From positions 53,510-117,509 of the forward strand of contig JADFNB010000002.1 of NCBI GenBank assembly GCA_022563595.1: 64,000 nucleotides of DNA, given 5' to 3'. A program made the position numbers and the translations under genes. Within the stretch, counting starts at the first letter, position 1; the number at the start of each line of letters is the position of its first letter. Shown here in pieces: positions 53,286-62,371 of this stretch. Under the pieces are notes generated by a model. That model was not told where the DNA came from and did not search any database. It saw nothing but the letters and a program-made list of their open reading frames with translations. The stretch comes from Gemmatimonadota bacterium. Lineage in GTDB: Bacteria; Gemmatimonadota; Gemmatimonadetes; Gemmatimonadales; GWC2-71-9.

Positions 53286-56074
53286 ACCGCGTCAGTACAA
53301 CAACCTCACGAGGCCGAGTGATGCGGGAAACGTGGATGGTCGCGCTGGCACTTGCGGCAGGGATCGTGCCCGCCAGTGCGCAGGAACGCCCCAACTACGA
53401 CGTCCAACTTCCGGCAGGACAGGGAAGCTACCCCACCGGAGACCTCTTCATCGCCAATCTGGATACGGTCTGGACCGCGGCGGGCGCGCCGATTGCGGGC
53501 GCGTCGATCCTCATTCGGGACGGCATCATCCGCGCGATCGGCACGGGTCTGCGGGCGCCGAACCACGTGACGGTGATCGACGGAACGGGCCTCCACGCCA
53601 TGCCTGGCATCGTCGACGAACACTCGCACGTCGCCATGGCGGCAACCAACGAAGGGTCCGCTCCGATCGTCCCCGAGGTGCGCGTCCTGGACGCGCTGAA
53701 CGCCGAGAGTTTCGGGATCTACCAGGCGCTCTCCGGTGGTGTCACGACCGCGCGTATCATGCACGGAAGCGCCAACCCGATCGGCGGGCAGAGCGCGGTG
53801 ATCAAGATGCGATGGGGCATGGATCGGGCCGAGCAACTGTTGATTCCCGGCGCGCCCCGGTTTGTGAAGTTTGCGCTGGGCGAGAACGTCACGCGCAAGC
53901 GCAGCCCACGAAACGACGCCAGTCGGTTCCCACGCTCACGGCCTGGCGTCGAGGCCACCTACGTCGAGGCCTTCACCGCGGCGCAGGCCTATCGTGACGA
54001 GTGGGCCCGGTACGAGAGGAACCGCAGGGCGTTTCGTGTCCCGCCGCGCCGCGACCTCCGGCTCGAGGCGTTGGTGGACATCATGGAGAGCAGGATCCGA
54101 ATCCACGCGCACTCGTATCGCAGCGACGAGATCCTGATGCTCATGCGGGTGGCGGAGCGGTTCGGATTTCGGATCGACGTGTTCACGCACGTGCTCGAAG
54201 GTTATCGGGTGGCAGATGAAATGGCCGCACACGGCGCCGCCGGCTCCACCTTCAGCGATAATTGGCAGTACAAGCGGGAGGCATTCGACGCCATCCCGCA
54301 CAACGCCGCCATCATGCACGAGCATGGTGTGCTCACCAGCCTGAACTCGGACATCCCGTCGCGCCAACCCTTCATGCACCTGGAGATCGCGAGACCGGTG
54401 AAGTACGGTGGCGTATCGCAACTCGACGCGCTGCGCATGTTGACGCTGAATCCCGCCAGGATGATGTACATCGACGACGTGGTGGGATCGCTGGAAGAAG
54501 GGAAGCAGGCCGACGTCGTTCTCCTGACGGCGTCGCCCTTCAACAGCTACGCGCGGGTCGACAAGACGATCGTGGACGGCATCGTCTACTACGATGCGGC
54601 GGACGAAGCCGGCACGCGGGACGAACCGTTCAACCCGTTCCCGGATGGTGCGACGACGACGACGACCGCTCTCGCGGGATCGACCCGGCCGACCGTGGCC
54701 AATGGCGAGGTGACGGCGCCGGGAGGCCAGGGACCGATCGTCGCCCTCGTAGGGGGCACCGTACATCCCGTATCCGGACCGGCGATCGCCAACGGTACCG
54801 TGATCATCGAAGGTGAGCAGATTCGGGCGGTCGGTAGCGCCGCCGAGGTCAGCATTCCCGCCAGCGCCAATCGGATCGACGTCAGCGGGAAGCATGTCTA
54901 TCCCGGCATGATCGACCCGCTCACGACGATCGGGCTCTTCGAGTTCGGCCAGGTGGGCCAGGCGAGCGATCAGAGCGAGGTGGGCCTCTACAATCCGCAC
55001 ATCCGAGCCATCGTCGGCGTGATGCCGCACTACCCGAGCCTGAATGTCGCGCGGGCGAACGGCATTACGACGGTGCTGACCACGCAAACCTCCGGGATGA
55101 TCTCGGGCACAGCGGCGGTCATCGGCTTCAACGACGGCGACACCTGGGAGCAGGTGGCGGTCAAACCCGAAGCGGTGCTCGTCGTAGATTTCCCCGCGCC
55201 CCGCGAAGGCGACGGCCAGACCGAGAACTGGCGCAAGCTCCACGACGACGGCGATCTCCACGGCGGTGTCGCCCGCACCGAGTCCCCGTTCGTGCTCGCG
55301 GCCGAATCAGAAGCGAGACGGCGCGCGCAGGACTCGGAAGAGGACGAGGAACCGCAACCGGAGCTCAAGGGCGAGCGCATGAAAGGGTTGGTCGAACTGT
55401 TCCGGCGCGCGCGCGCCTACGCGTCGAGCCCGTCGCTGAGTGACGATCCCACCGCGCCGTTTGAGGTAAACGTATGGGGCGGCGAGGCCGTGCTGCTCGA
55501 CGCCATGGTCCCGGCCATGCGCGGTGAGATGCCCGTGTACTTCAGGGCCCAAACCGAATGGCAGATTCGCACGCTGTTCGTGTTCGCCGACAGCTTCCCC
55601 GCGCTCCGGCCAATCGTGGTCGGTGGGACCGAGGCGTGGAAGGTCGCGGACGAGCTGGCGACGCGCAGGATCCCCGTGATCATCACGTCCGCCTACAGCC
55701 CGACGGGGAACAGAGACGAATCGATCACCGCGAACTACCGCAATGCGAGCGCCCTGGAGGCAGCCGGCATCCTGTTCGCGTTCGCCACCGGGAGCGACGG
55801 CAACGTACGGAACCTGCCGTATCATGCGGCGCACTCCGTCGCGTACGGGTTGACGCCCGAAAGCGGACTCCGTGCTGTCACCTTGAACGCTGCGGAGATC
55901 CTGGGAATCCAAGCCGGCCGGCTGGAGCCGGGTGCTCGGGCGGACGTGATCGTGACCGACGGCGATCCGCTCCAGATTCTTACCAACGTGGAGATGATGT
56001 GGGTCGGGGGCCGTCAGGTCGATCCGAAAGACAACAAGCACCAGCGGTTGTACGAGGAGTTCAGGAACCGGTAG
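53282..56074 (+). CDS. Large amidohydrolase-family protein (metal site intact)
   Basis: The ATG at 53282 overlaps the upstream stop (ATGA); an alternative start is MRETWMVALALAAG at 53321. Contains AMPGIVDEHSHVAM (HxH), HAHSYR and a second amidohydrolase-like half (YPGMIDP). Confidence 0.8.
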   Translation: MNRVSTTTSRGRVMRETWMVALALAAGIVPASAQERPNYDVQLPAGQGSYPTGDLFIANLDTVWTAAGAPIAGASILIRDGIIRAIGTGLRAPNHVTVIDGTGLHAMPGIVDEHSHVAMAATNEGSAPIVPEVRVLDALNAESFGIYQALSGGVTTARIMHGSANPIGGQSAVIKMRWGMDRAEQLLIPGAPRFVKFALGENVTRKRSPRNDASRFPRSRPGVEATYVEAFTAAQAYRDEWARYERNRRAFRVPPRRDLRLEALVDIMESRIRIHAHSYRSDEILMLMRVAERFGFRIDVFTHVLEGYRVADEMAAHGAAGSTFSDNWQYKREAFDAIPHNAAIMHEHGVLTSLNSDIPSRQPFMHLEIARPVKYGGVSQLDALRMLTLNPARMMYIDDVVGSLEEGKQADVVLLTASPFNSYARVDKTIVDGIVYYDAADEAGTRDEPFNPFPDGATTTTTALAGSTRPTVANGEVTAPGGQGPIVALVGGTVHPVSGPAIANGTVIIEGEQIRAVGSAAEVSIPASANRIDVSGKHVYPGMIDPLTTIGLFEFGQVGQASDQSEVGLYNPHIRAIVGVMPHYPSLNVARANGITTVLTTQTSGMISGTAAVIGFNDGDTWEQVAVKPEAVLVVDFPAPREGDGQTENWRKLHDDGDLHGGVARTESPFVLAAESEARRRAQDSEEDEEPQPELKGERMKGLVELFRRARAYASSPSLSDDPTAPFEVNVWGGEAVLLDAMVPAMRGEMPVYFRAQTEWQIRTLFVFADSFPALRPIVVGGTEAWKVADELATRRIPVIITSAYSPTGNRDESITANYRNASALEAAGILFAFATGSDGNVRNLPYHAAHSVAYGLTPESGLRAVTLNAAEILGIQAGRLEPGARADVIVTDGDPLQILTNVEMMWVGGRQVDPKDNKHQRLYEEFRNR

Positions 56075-56448
56075 AACCGCCCGACAGCCCGCCGGATACG
56101 CCCGGCTGCCGCGCCGCAGGTGTGCGAGGCAGGCAATACGGTCGTGGCGGACGAAGATGAACTACTCGCGGCGGTCGCGTCGGCACCCGCGGGCAACGTA
56201 ATCGCAGTTGACGGCATGAGCACCGTCTCGACCAGCAACGTACAGATCGCGACCGACAACGTCACCCCCACCTGCGCAACTGCCGGCGCCGGGATCGATC
56301 TTCAGAACGGGCGGCATCTCGAGACGTTTGCAAACGGCGTCGTGGTGAGCCATCTCGTCATCGACGCGGATGAGCTCCGGCTCGAGCGCGACGGCCTCGA
56401 CCCGTCGGCCGTCGGCCCCGCGCAAACTGGTGATCCGTCCGCCGTAGG
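56075..56448 (+). pseudogene. Possible fragment of a right-handed beta-helix (pectin-lyase-fold) protein gene
   Basis: The frame is open directly from the preceding stop. NTVVADEDELLAAVASAPAGNVIAVDGMSTV...IATDNVT...VVVSHLVIDA resembles the N-terminal cap and first coils of such proteins. There is no signal peptide, and it runs antisense into the kinase gene. Confidence 0.3.
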
Positions 56449-58341
56449 TCACCGCCCCGCGAGCAACGCGTCGACTTCCTGCCGGCCCTCGAGCAAGTGT
56501 TCGATGTCTTCGGAGAGGTCGGACGCGGCCGCCAGATCGGCGGTCACGCTCTCGATCGTGCCTGCACCGGCCCGCATCCGGAGCAAATCGAGCCGCAGGG
56601 TCTCCAGCGCGGTGACCGCCTCGGAGAGCCCACGTTGCGCGCCGTCGCGGAGCTCCCGGAGGTCACCGGTCAGCTGGTCGCGTTGCTGGGCAGGTCCCGG
56701 TCGGGCCGGTCCTTCCACGTCAGCGATCGCCGCGTCGAGCTGCTCCACCCGTCCCCGCATGCGCTGCGCGTCGGCCTCGAGACGTCGCACCACCTCGGGC
56801 AAGTTGCCCAGCGCCTTCCGCGTCTGCTTGGGAAGCTCTTCGAACAGCCGATCGGCGGCCATGCCGATCGCCAGTGCCGTCGGGCGGTAGGTCGCGGCCA
56901 CGGCGGTCGGGAGGCGCTTCAATCCCAGCCGGCCGATCTTGAACATCAGCCGTCCGATCCATCCCTTCCAGAGCCTGAGCCAACGCTCGCCGGCGATGTC
57001 GCGTCGCCGGCCGTGCCGATACGCGGCGATTGAGGCGCCGAGGAGGCCGGCGGTGCCGAGCAGCCACCCAAGACCTTCCACTACCGGCCCCGAGCCGAAT
57101 GTTGCGACGAGAACGATGGCAAGCGCTGCGCCCCCGAGCCCAACCGCCGCAGCGATCCGGGCCACACGTTCTACCAGCTTCGGATGCCGACCGTACTCGA
57201 ACTCCAGCTCCTCCCGCCGGCGCTCGTGCGCCGTCTTGAGCGCGAGCACGGTTTCGTCCTGGCCATACCCGGTCTTGAGGAGCTGTCGGGCGCGCTGCGC
57301 CATCCCGCCGAACGACGCGAGCGCGAACGCCACGAGGACGCCGAGCGCTACCACTCCCGCGACCGCGCTTCCGCCTGCTGCGGCGAGCAACAGCGGTGCC
57401 TCGATGAACAGGAGCAATAGCCCGAGCGCGGAGGAGTTCGCGATCTCCTGGTTCTTCTTCAGGAACACCCGCAGCGCGACCGGCAGCTCGGTACGACGCT
57501 CGAAGGTGTTGCCGAGCGCCTCGGCGAGGGCCTCTCCATCAGCGAAGCGGTGGGTCGGCTCTTTGGCCAGGCAACGGTCGACGATCTTGGCGAGCTTGGC
57601 CGGCACCTCCGGCTCCACCGATCGGACGGGCGGCGCCTCTTCGGTGATGTGCTTGGCGAGGATCGCGGAGATCGACGGTCCTTCGAACGGGAGCTTGCCG
57701 GTCAGCGCGAGGTAGCCGACCACGCCAAGCGAGTACAGGTCGCTGCGCCCATCGACTGCTTCACCGCTCGCCTGCTCGGGACTCATGAACTCCGCCGTCC
57801 CCAGTACTTCGCCGGCGCTGGTCATGCCCGGTCCCTCACGCACGTGCGCAATCCCGAAATCGGTGACCAGCGCCCGGCCCGACCCGGCTTCGAGGAGGAT
57901 GTTGTCCGGCTTCACGTCGCGGTGCACGACCCCTTGAGCGTGCGCGTACGCCAGAGCCCATGCTACCTCGCGGAGGACGCGCGCGGATTCGGCGAAGGGG
58001 ATCGGTCCCGTAGTACGGATGCGTTGGCCGAGCGTCTCGCCGTTGATGTACGCCATGACGAAGAACACGAAATCGTCGATCTCGTCCACGGCGAAGATCG
58101 GCACGATGTTGGGATGCGAGAGCTTGGCGGCGGTGCGCGCCTCGCGGAGGAAGCGATCGCGCAGCGAGGCTTGAGTTGCGAGCGTGGGTGGAAGCAACTT
58201 CAGCGCAACGGGTCGGTCGAGGGCGACCTCGTGCGCGAGGTACACGATCCCCATCCCGCCGCGGCCGAGCTCCCGATCGAGCGAGTATCGACCCACAAGC
58301 GACTCCTGGAGGGCCAAGAACTCGGCGGTGCCTTCCTCCAT
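56449..58341 (-). CDS. Membrane Ser/Thr protein kinase with C-terminal coiled-coil region
   Basis: Trimmed to MEEGTAEFLALQ. Kinase motifs HRDVKPDNILL, DFGIAHV and GTAEFMSPEQ. Several TM segments follow, then a helical Arg/Leu/Glu/Asp-rich tail. Confidence 0.9.
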   Translation of the reverse strand: MEEGTAEFLALQESLVGRYSLDRELGRGGMGIVYLAHEVALDRPVALKLLPPTLATQASLRDRFLREARTAAKLSHPNIVPIFAVDEIDDFVFFVMAYINGETLGQRIRTTGPIPFAESARVLREVAWALAYAHAQGVVHRDVKPDNILLEAGSGRALVTDFGIAHVREGPGMTSAGEVLGTAEFMSPEQASGEAVDGRSDLYSLGVVGYLALTGKLPFEGPSISAILAKHITEEAPPVRSVEPEVPAKLAKIVDRCLAKEPTHRFADGEALAEALGNTFERRTELPVALRVFLKKNQEIANSSALGLLLLFIEAPLLLAAAGGSAVAGVVALGVLVAFALASFGGMAQRARQLLKTGYGQDETVLALKTAHERRREELEFEYGRHPKLVERVARIAAAVGLGGAALAIVLVATFGSGPVVEGLGWLLGTAGLLGASIAAYRHGRRRDIAGERWLRLWKGWIGRLMFKIGRLGLKRLPTAVAATYRPTALAIGMAADRLFEELPKQTRKALGNLPEVVRRLEADAQRMRGRVEQLDAAIADVEGPARPGPAQQRDQLTGDLRELRDGAQRGLSEAVTALETLRLDLLRMRAGAGTIESVTADLAAASDLSEDIEHLLEGRQEVDALLAGR

Positions 58342-58381
58342 GGGGTTGACGATGCCCCGGCGGGACCGGGACCGCAAGGTG

Positions 58382-58454
58382 CATATAGGACTTCGATCGC
58401 CCCTCCCAAGTAGAGCCGGGTGAGCGGACCATCCAGGGAGCCCGACGTGGCTGG
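58382..58454 (-). promoter_or_regulatory. Conserved upstream element, copy A (includes candidate promoter)
   Basis: By hand alignment 58 of 75 columns are identical to 60636-60709. The minus strand contains TTGGGA (58409-58404), a 16-nt spacer and TATATG (58387-58382). It lies 41 nt upstream of the kinase ATG. Confidence 0.6.
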
Positions 58455-58587
58455 GTAATACCCGGACGAGCGACATGTCGGACGTCGGCCGTGACCACCA
58501 CGGCTTTCGAAACGGCATGGGCTGTGTCGTCGCGTGTTCCGTCGCGTGCAGGCCAGGGTCTAAACCGTCTCTACCGTCCTTACCGTC

Positions 58588-60564
58588 CTATCGCACCAGC
58601 TCAAACAGCACCCCCCGTGTCCGCCCATTCGACACCCGGAACCCCGTCACCGTACCGTCGTCGGAGCGCTCGAACTTCACCGAGCGCAGGAAAAACGCGC
58701 CACCGTTGAAATCGTCCGGCGCCTTAGCGGTGAGTGTTATATCGTCTTCCAACATCCGGTGCTGCGCGACGAGCCCGCTGTCCACCACCGCCAGCGTATA
58801 AAAGGTCTCCAACTCGCTCGAGTAGTAGCGGCCGGCATACGCCTCCAACTCGGCCATCGTGGGCTCGTAGGGCGGGAGGCGCCGCAAGGTCAGCTCGCGA
58901 CCACCCTGCCGGTGGGTCGCCGTATTGACCGAATCCCCGACGTGGTGGAACGTCACCGTGGCCGCGATGTCCTCGTACCTGAAAACCGAATCGGACTCGG
59001 CGACGAGGTCGATCTCCGGCTGGCCGGTCGCCTGTGCGTAGAAGCGGCTGCCGTCCCGCGTGTACGTGATGATCAGACCGACCCCTTCCGCCTCGAAGCG
59101 ACCGGTGTACAGGTCGAGCACCTCGTTGGGTACGCGCACGCCCTCGCCCGGGGCGGGCTCGTCCTCCTCTTCGGGCTCCATGTGCTGCTGGAAGAATGCC
59201 GTCGCCACCTGCCCCGGAATCGCCCCGTTGAAGGCCGCGTGGTTGGACAGCACGACGACGCCCGCGTCGATCTCCGGGTAGTACATCAACATGGCGCGGT
59301 GCGCGATGTCGGCGCCGCCATGGCTGACCTGGCGCAGACCACGCCGCTCGCCGATGAAGAGGCCGAGGGCGTAAGGGATGGTGTCGCCGTCGGTGAGGAC
59401 GCCCCGCGTGGTCATCCGCTCGATCACGTGGGCGTTGCCCACCGTGGGCTGATGAAAGTTGCGGAGCCATTTGGCGAGGTCACCCACGGTCGTGTAGATC
59501 CCGCCGGCGCCGTAGGACGCGGCCAAGTCGCCGGCTTCCCGGAAGCCGCCGCTGTCCGCGTGCACGTACCCCTGCGCGCTGTGCGGTACGATTTGACCAC
59601 GGTCCGCGCGGATCATCGTGTGCGTCATTCCGAGCGGGCCGAAGACGTGTTCCTGCATCCACTGAGGGAACGGCGTCCCCGTGACACGGGTAACCACGTC
59701 GGCGAGGAGGATGTATCCCGTGTTGTTGTAGTTGAACTCCGAGCCGGGCGACGTCTGGAGCGCCGGCTGCCGCTGGACGATCGTCACCGCCATGTCGCGC
59801 GCCAGTTCGTCTTCGCTGTGCCAGCCCGCGATGGGCATCATGTTGTACAGCTCCCGATAGCCGCCGGTGTGGTTCAGCAGGTTCCGCAGGGTCACCAGCT
59901 CGTCGAACGCCGGTAGCTCGGGGATGTGCTCCCGGATGTCGTCGTCCAGCGAGAGGGCACCCCGTTCCGCCAACAGCGTGATGGCGAAGGCGGTGAACTG
60001 CTTCGAGACCGATCCGATGTTCGACACCGTCTCCACGGTGAACGGGATGCCGTGCGTGAGGTTCGCCATCCCGTACGCCTTGGCGAAGCGCAGCTCGCCG
60101 CCCTGCACCACGGCCACGACACCGCCGGGGACGTCGTTCCCCCGATAGGCCACCATCAACTGATCGACGCGCCCCTCCGGCGTCGTTGCCAGCGGTTCCA
60201 CCCCTTCGATCACCAGCGCATACGCGCCCGCGCCGTCCTCGAACGGCGTGATCTCAATGCGGTACGTACCGGCGGCCTCCGTATCGAACTGGAACGGCTC
60301 CGGCCCGCGTGCTGGGCCGTCCCAGCGGCCGACGCGTTTGCCGTCCGGGCCGGTAACCGTGACCACGACGTCCACGGTCTGCTGGTCGGCCTCGCCGTAG
60401 ACGAACTGCTCGGCGGCGAGCGTCAGCTCGTAGGTGTGCTTGCCGTTCGGTTCCAGGTCACCGGAAACGGTCGTCCCCTGCTGGAGGCGTGTGCTGGTTT
60501 GGCCGAGCGCGGTGGATACGAGGACGAGGGACGTGAACAGGAGGGTGGAAAGGAGGCGGCGCAT
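58588..60564 (-). CDS. Secreted serine hydrolase (beta-lactamase / PBP4*-like family) with N-terminal PPC-like domain
   Basis: Trimmed to MRRLLSTLLFTSLVLVSTALGQ. The SxxK motif is IGSVSKQF and the YxN motif is FNYNNTGY. Confidence 0.85.
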   Translation of the reverse strand: MRRLLSTLLFTSLVLVSTALGQTSTRLQQGTTVSGDLEPNGKHTYELTLAAEQFVYGEADQQTVDVVVTVTGPDGKRVGRWDGPARGPEPFQFDTEAAGTYRIEITPFEDGAGAYALVIEGVEPLATTPEGRVDQLMVAYRGNDVPGGVVAVVQGGELRFAKAYGMANLTHGIPFTVETVSNIGSVSKQFTAFAITLLAERGALSLDDDIREHIPELPAFDELVTLRNLLNHTGGYRELYNMMPIAGWHSEDELARDMAVTIVQRQPALQTSPGSEFNYNNTGYILLADVVTRVTGTPFPQWMQEHVFGPLGMTHTMIRADRGQIVPHSAQGYVHADSGGFREAGDLAASYGAGGIYTTVGDLAKWLRNFHQPTVGNAHVIERMTTRGVLTDGDTIPYALGLFIGERRGLRQVSHGGADIAHRAMLMYYPEIDAGVVVLSNHAAFNGAIPGQVATAFFQQHMEPEEEDEPAPGEGVRVPNEVLDLYTGRFEAEGVGLIITYTRDGSRFYAQATGQPEIDLVAESDSVFRYEDIAATVTFHHVGDSVNTATHRQGGRELTLRRLPPYEPTMAELEAYAGRYYSSELETFYTLAVVDSGLVAQHRMLEDDITLTAKAPDDFNGGAFFLRSVKFERSDDGTVTGFRVSNGRTRGVLFELVR

Positions 60565-60635
60565 GGTGGTCTTCCGCTGTTGTGGTCGTGAGAAGGGAGT
60601 CATGGAAAAGCTAGCATGGATGCCGGTCCGCATAC

Positions 60636-60709
60636 CGCATAGGCATCTCGATCGGCCCTCCCAAAATACAGCTGGGTGGGTGGACCGTCCAGGGAGCCTG
60701 ATGTGGTGG
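60636..60709 (-). promoter_or_regulatory. Conserved upstream element, copy B (includes candidate promoter)
   Basis: Counterpart of 58382-58454. The minus strand contains TTGGGA (60664-60659), a 17-nt spacer and TATGCG (60641-60636). It lies 72 nt upstream of the hydrolase ATG. Confidence 0.6.
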
Positions 60710-60817
60710 TCCATCCTCTGGAGGCGGACACCGTCGTCTTCCTGCTACGTTCGCAGACGATGGCGGCCGGTGAGTCAGTGCGTGCGTCTCAGCGCGCCGT
60801 CCATGCGACCCGAGGAC

Positions 60818-60833
60818 GAGAGAGAGAGAGAGA
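60818..60833. repeat. (GA)8 dinucleotide microsatellite
   Basis: GAGAGAGAGAGAGAGA read directly, in the intergenic region between the peptidase and hydrolase genes. Confidence 0.9.
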
Positions 60834-60898
60834 AGAACCTCAGAGAGCTGACCGGTGACTGGTGACACAGGCTGCGGCCCCGACGGGCGTGTCGGTCG

Positions 60899-62371
60899 TC
60901 AGGCAAGAACGGCCTCGACTCGCCGTACTGCGGGTGCGAAAGAGAGTGCCTCACCGGTCACCTCCGCCGCCAGCCGGTCCGCAGGATCGGCCTGACCGCG
61001 ACTCATGAACTGCTGTATGAACGCACCCGCACGTGGGTTCCGATACCAGTCCTCGTCGAACCGGTCCGTCAGGCTGGCGGCTAATGCGGCCTCGAGTTGC
61101 CAGGCGCGCAGGTAACGGGCGGCGTAGAACCCGGGGTCCACGTCACGCAGGTGATCCTGCTCGGGGAACCGGAACAGCGTCGCGTCCGTGAGGTGCTGCG
61201 CGTACACCGCCCCCACCGCCCCCAACCCGTTCGTGAGACCACTGCGATGGAACGCGAGTTCGTAGCGCAACTTCGCCGCGTACCGCCGGAGCATGTACAA
61301 CTCGGAGACCGCCAGCTCGAAGCGCAACGTGTCGACGTCATTGCCGGAAAGATCGGTGTAGCGGCGCAACCACCCGCGGTGCAGCGTCAGGTGATCCCAC
61401 AACATCGCGAACGCCTCGGTCACGGAATTGTCGCCGAGCCATCGCTCGTGAAACGGCCGTTCGGGATCCACCGCGGCAAAATGCATCGCGTGACCCAGCT
61501 CGTGCCAAAAGGTGCGGTAGTCGGTGTGTCCGCCGCTGGGCCGGATGACCAGGTACACCTCTCGAGGCACGTGGACCGGCGCGCAGAACGCTCTCGGCTG
61601 TTTTGCCGAGCGCTCGTCGGTATCGAACTTCACGCGGCCTGCCTGTGTGGCGTCGAGCCCCATCTCCCCCATCTGGCGCACCGCGGTGGCGACTAGCGCG
61701 TCGGGTGGGAAGGCGGCGTCGAAGGTCTCGGCGCGGAACACCCATCCCGTGTCTGCCCGCTCGAGCTCGTCCACCCTAATGCCGAGCCGCCGGCGCACGA
61801 GCCGCGTCAACGCATCGAGATAGAGGTCGGCCGTCTGGCGGAGCAGCGTATCCGCGGCGTCACCGAGCGCGTCGAGCGCGATTCCCGAGAGGGCGGAGAT
61901 GGACGCCACATAGTCCGATCCTAGCCCGAGCCCGCCCACGATCTCGTGCTCGAGCGCAAACCGATCCCGGCGCAAACCGTTCAGTCCTGCCGTACCCACC
62001 CTCGTCAGCTCTCGGTCAAGCGCCAGCCGGAACGCCCGGTCCGGACTGTTGCGGAGTTCGATGGGCGCACGCAGGTAGGATATCTCGCGCCCGTCGACGG
62101 TCAGGGTCGCGCCCTGTTCCCAGGTGAGCTGCCGTTCCTCGAACGGCGCGACAGCCCGTCCGACGCGCAAGCCGACGATCCACTCGACGAGCGCGTCGAT
62201 CCCGGATTCGCGTGCCACGTCCAGCGCCGCATCCCCCGACAACTCGGCATGGCGATCGTAGATGCTCTGGAACTCGGGATCGCGCTTGAGCCCTGCGCCA
62301 GTGAGGTAGTACTCCCGGCCGAGGTCGGCGTGCATCGCTTCGCCGACTGAAACGAGATCATCGACCTTCAC
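60899..62371 (-). CDS. M3-like zinc metallopeptidase (oligoendopeptidase F-like, short form)
   Basis: GTG at 62371 (GTGA overlap with the glyQS stop). Contains FWHELGHAMHF (HExxHxxH) with a downstream Glu (NSVTEAFA). Confidence 0.65.
   Translation of the reverse strand: MKVDDLVSVGEAMHADLGREYYLTGAGLKRDPEFQSIYDRHAELSGDAALDVARESGIDALVEWIVGLRVGRAVAPFEERQLTWEQGATLTVDGREISYLRAPIELRNSPDRAFRLALDRELTRVGTAGLNGLRRDRFALEHEIVGGLGLGSDYVASISALSGIALDALGDAADTLLRQTADLYLDALTRLVRRRLGIRVDELERADTGWVFRAETFDAAFPPDALVATAVRQMGEMGLDATQAGRVKFDTDERSAKQPRAFCAPVHVPREVYLVIRPSGGHTDYRTFWHELGHAMHFAAVDPERPFHERWLGDNSVTEAFAMLWDHLTLHRGWLRRYTDLSGNDVDTLRFELAVSELYMLRRYAAKLRYELAFHRSGLTNGLGAVGAVYAQHLTDATLFRFPEQDHLRDVDPGFYAARYLRAWQLEAALAASLTDRFDEDWYRNPRAGAFIQQFMSRGQADPADRLAAEVTGEALSFAPAVRRVEAVLA

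Noticed and set aside
53936-55261. 441-aa minus-strand ORF inside the large amidohydrolase gene
   Set aside because: Antisense artefact. The plus-strand frame carries the HxH and other amidohydrolase motifs.
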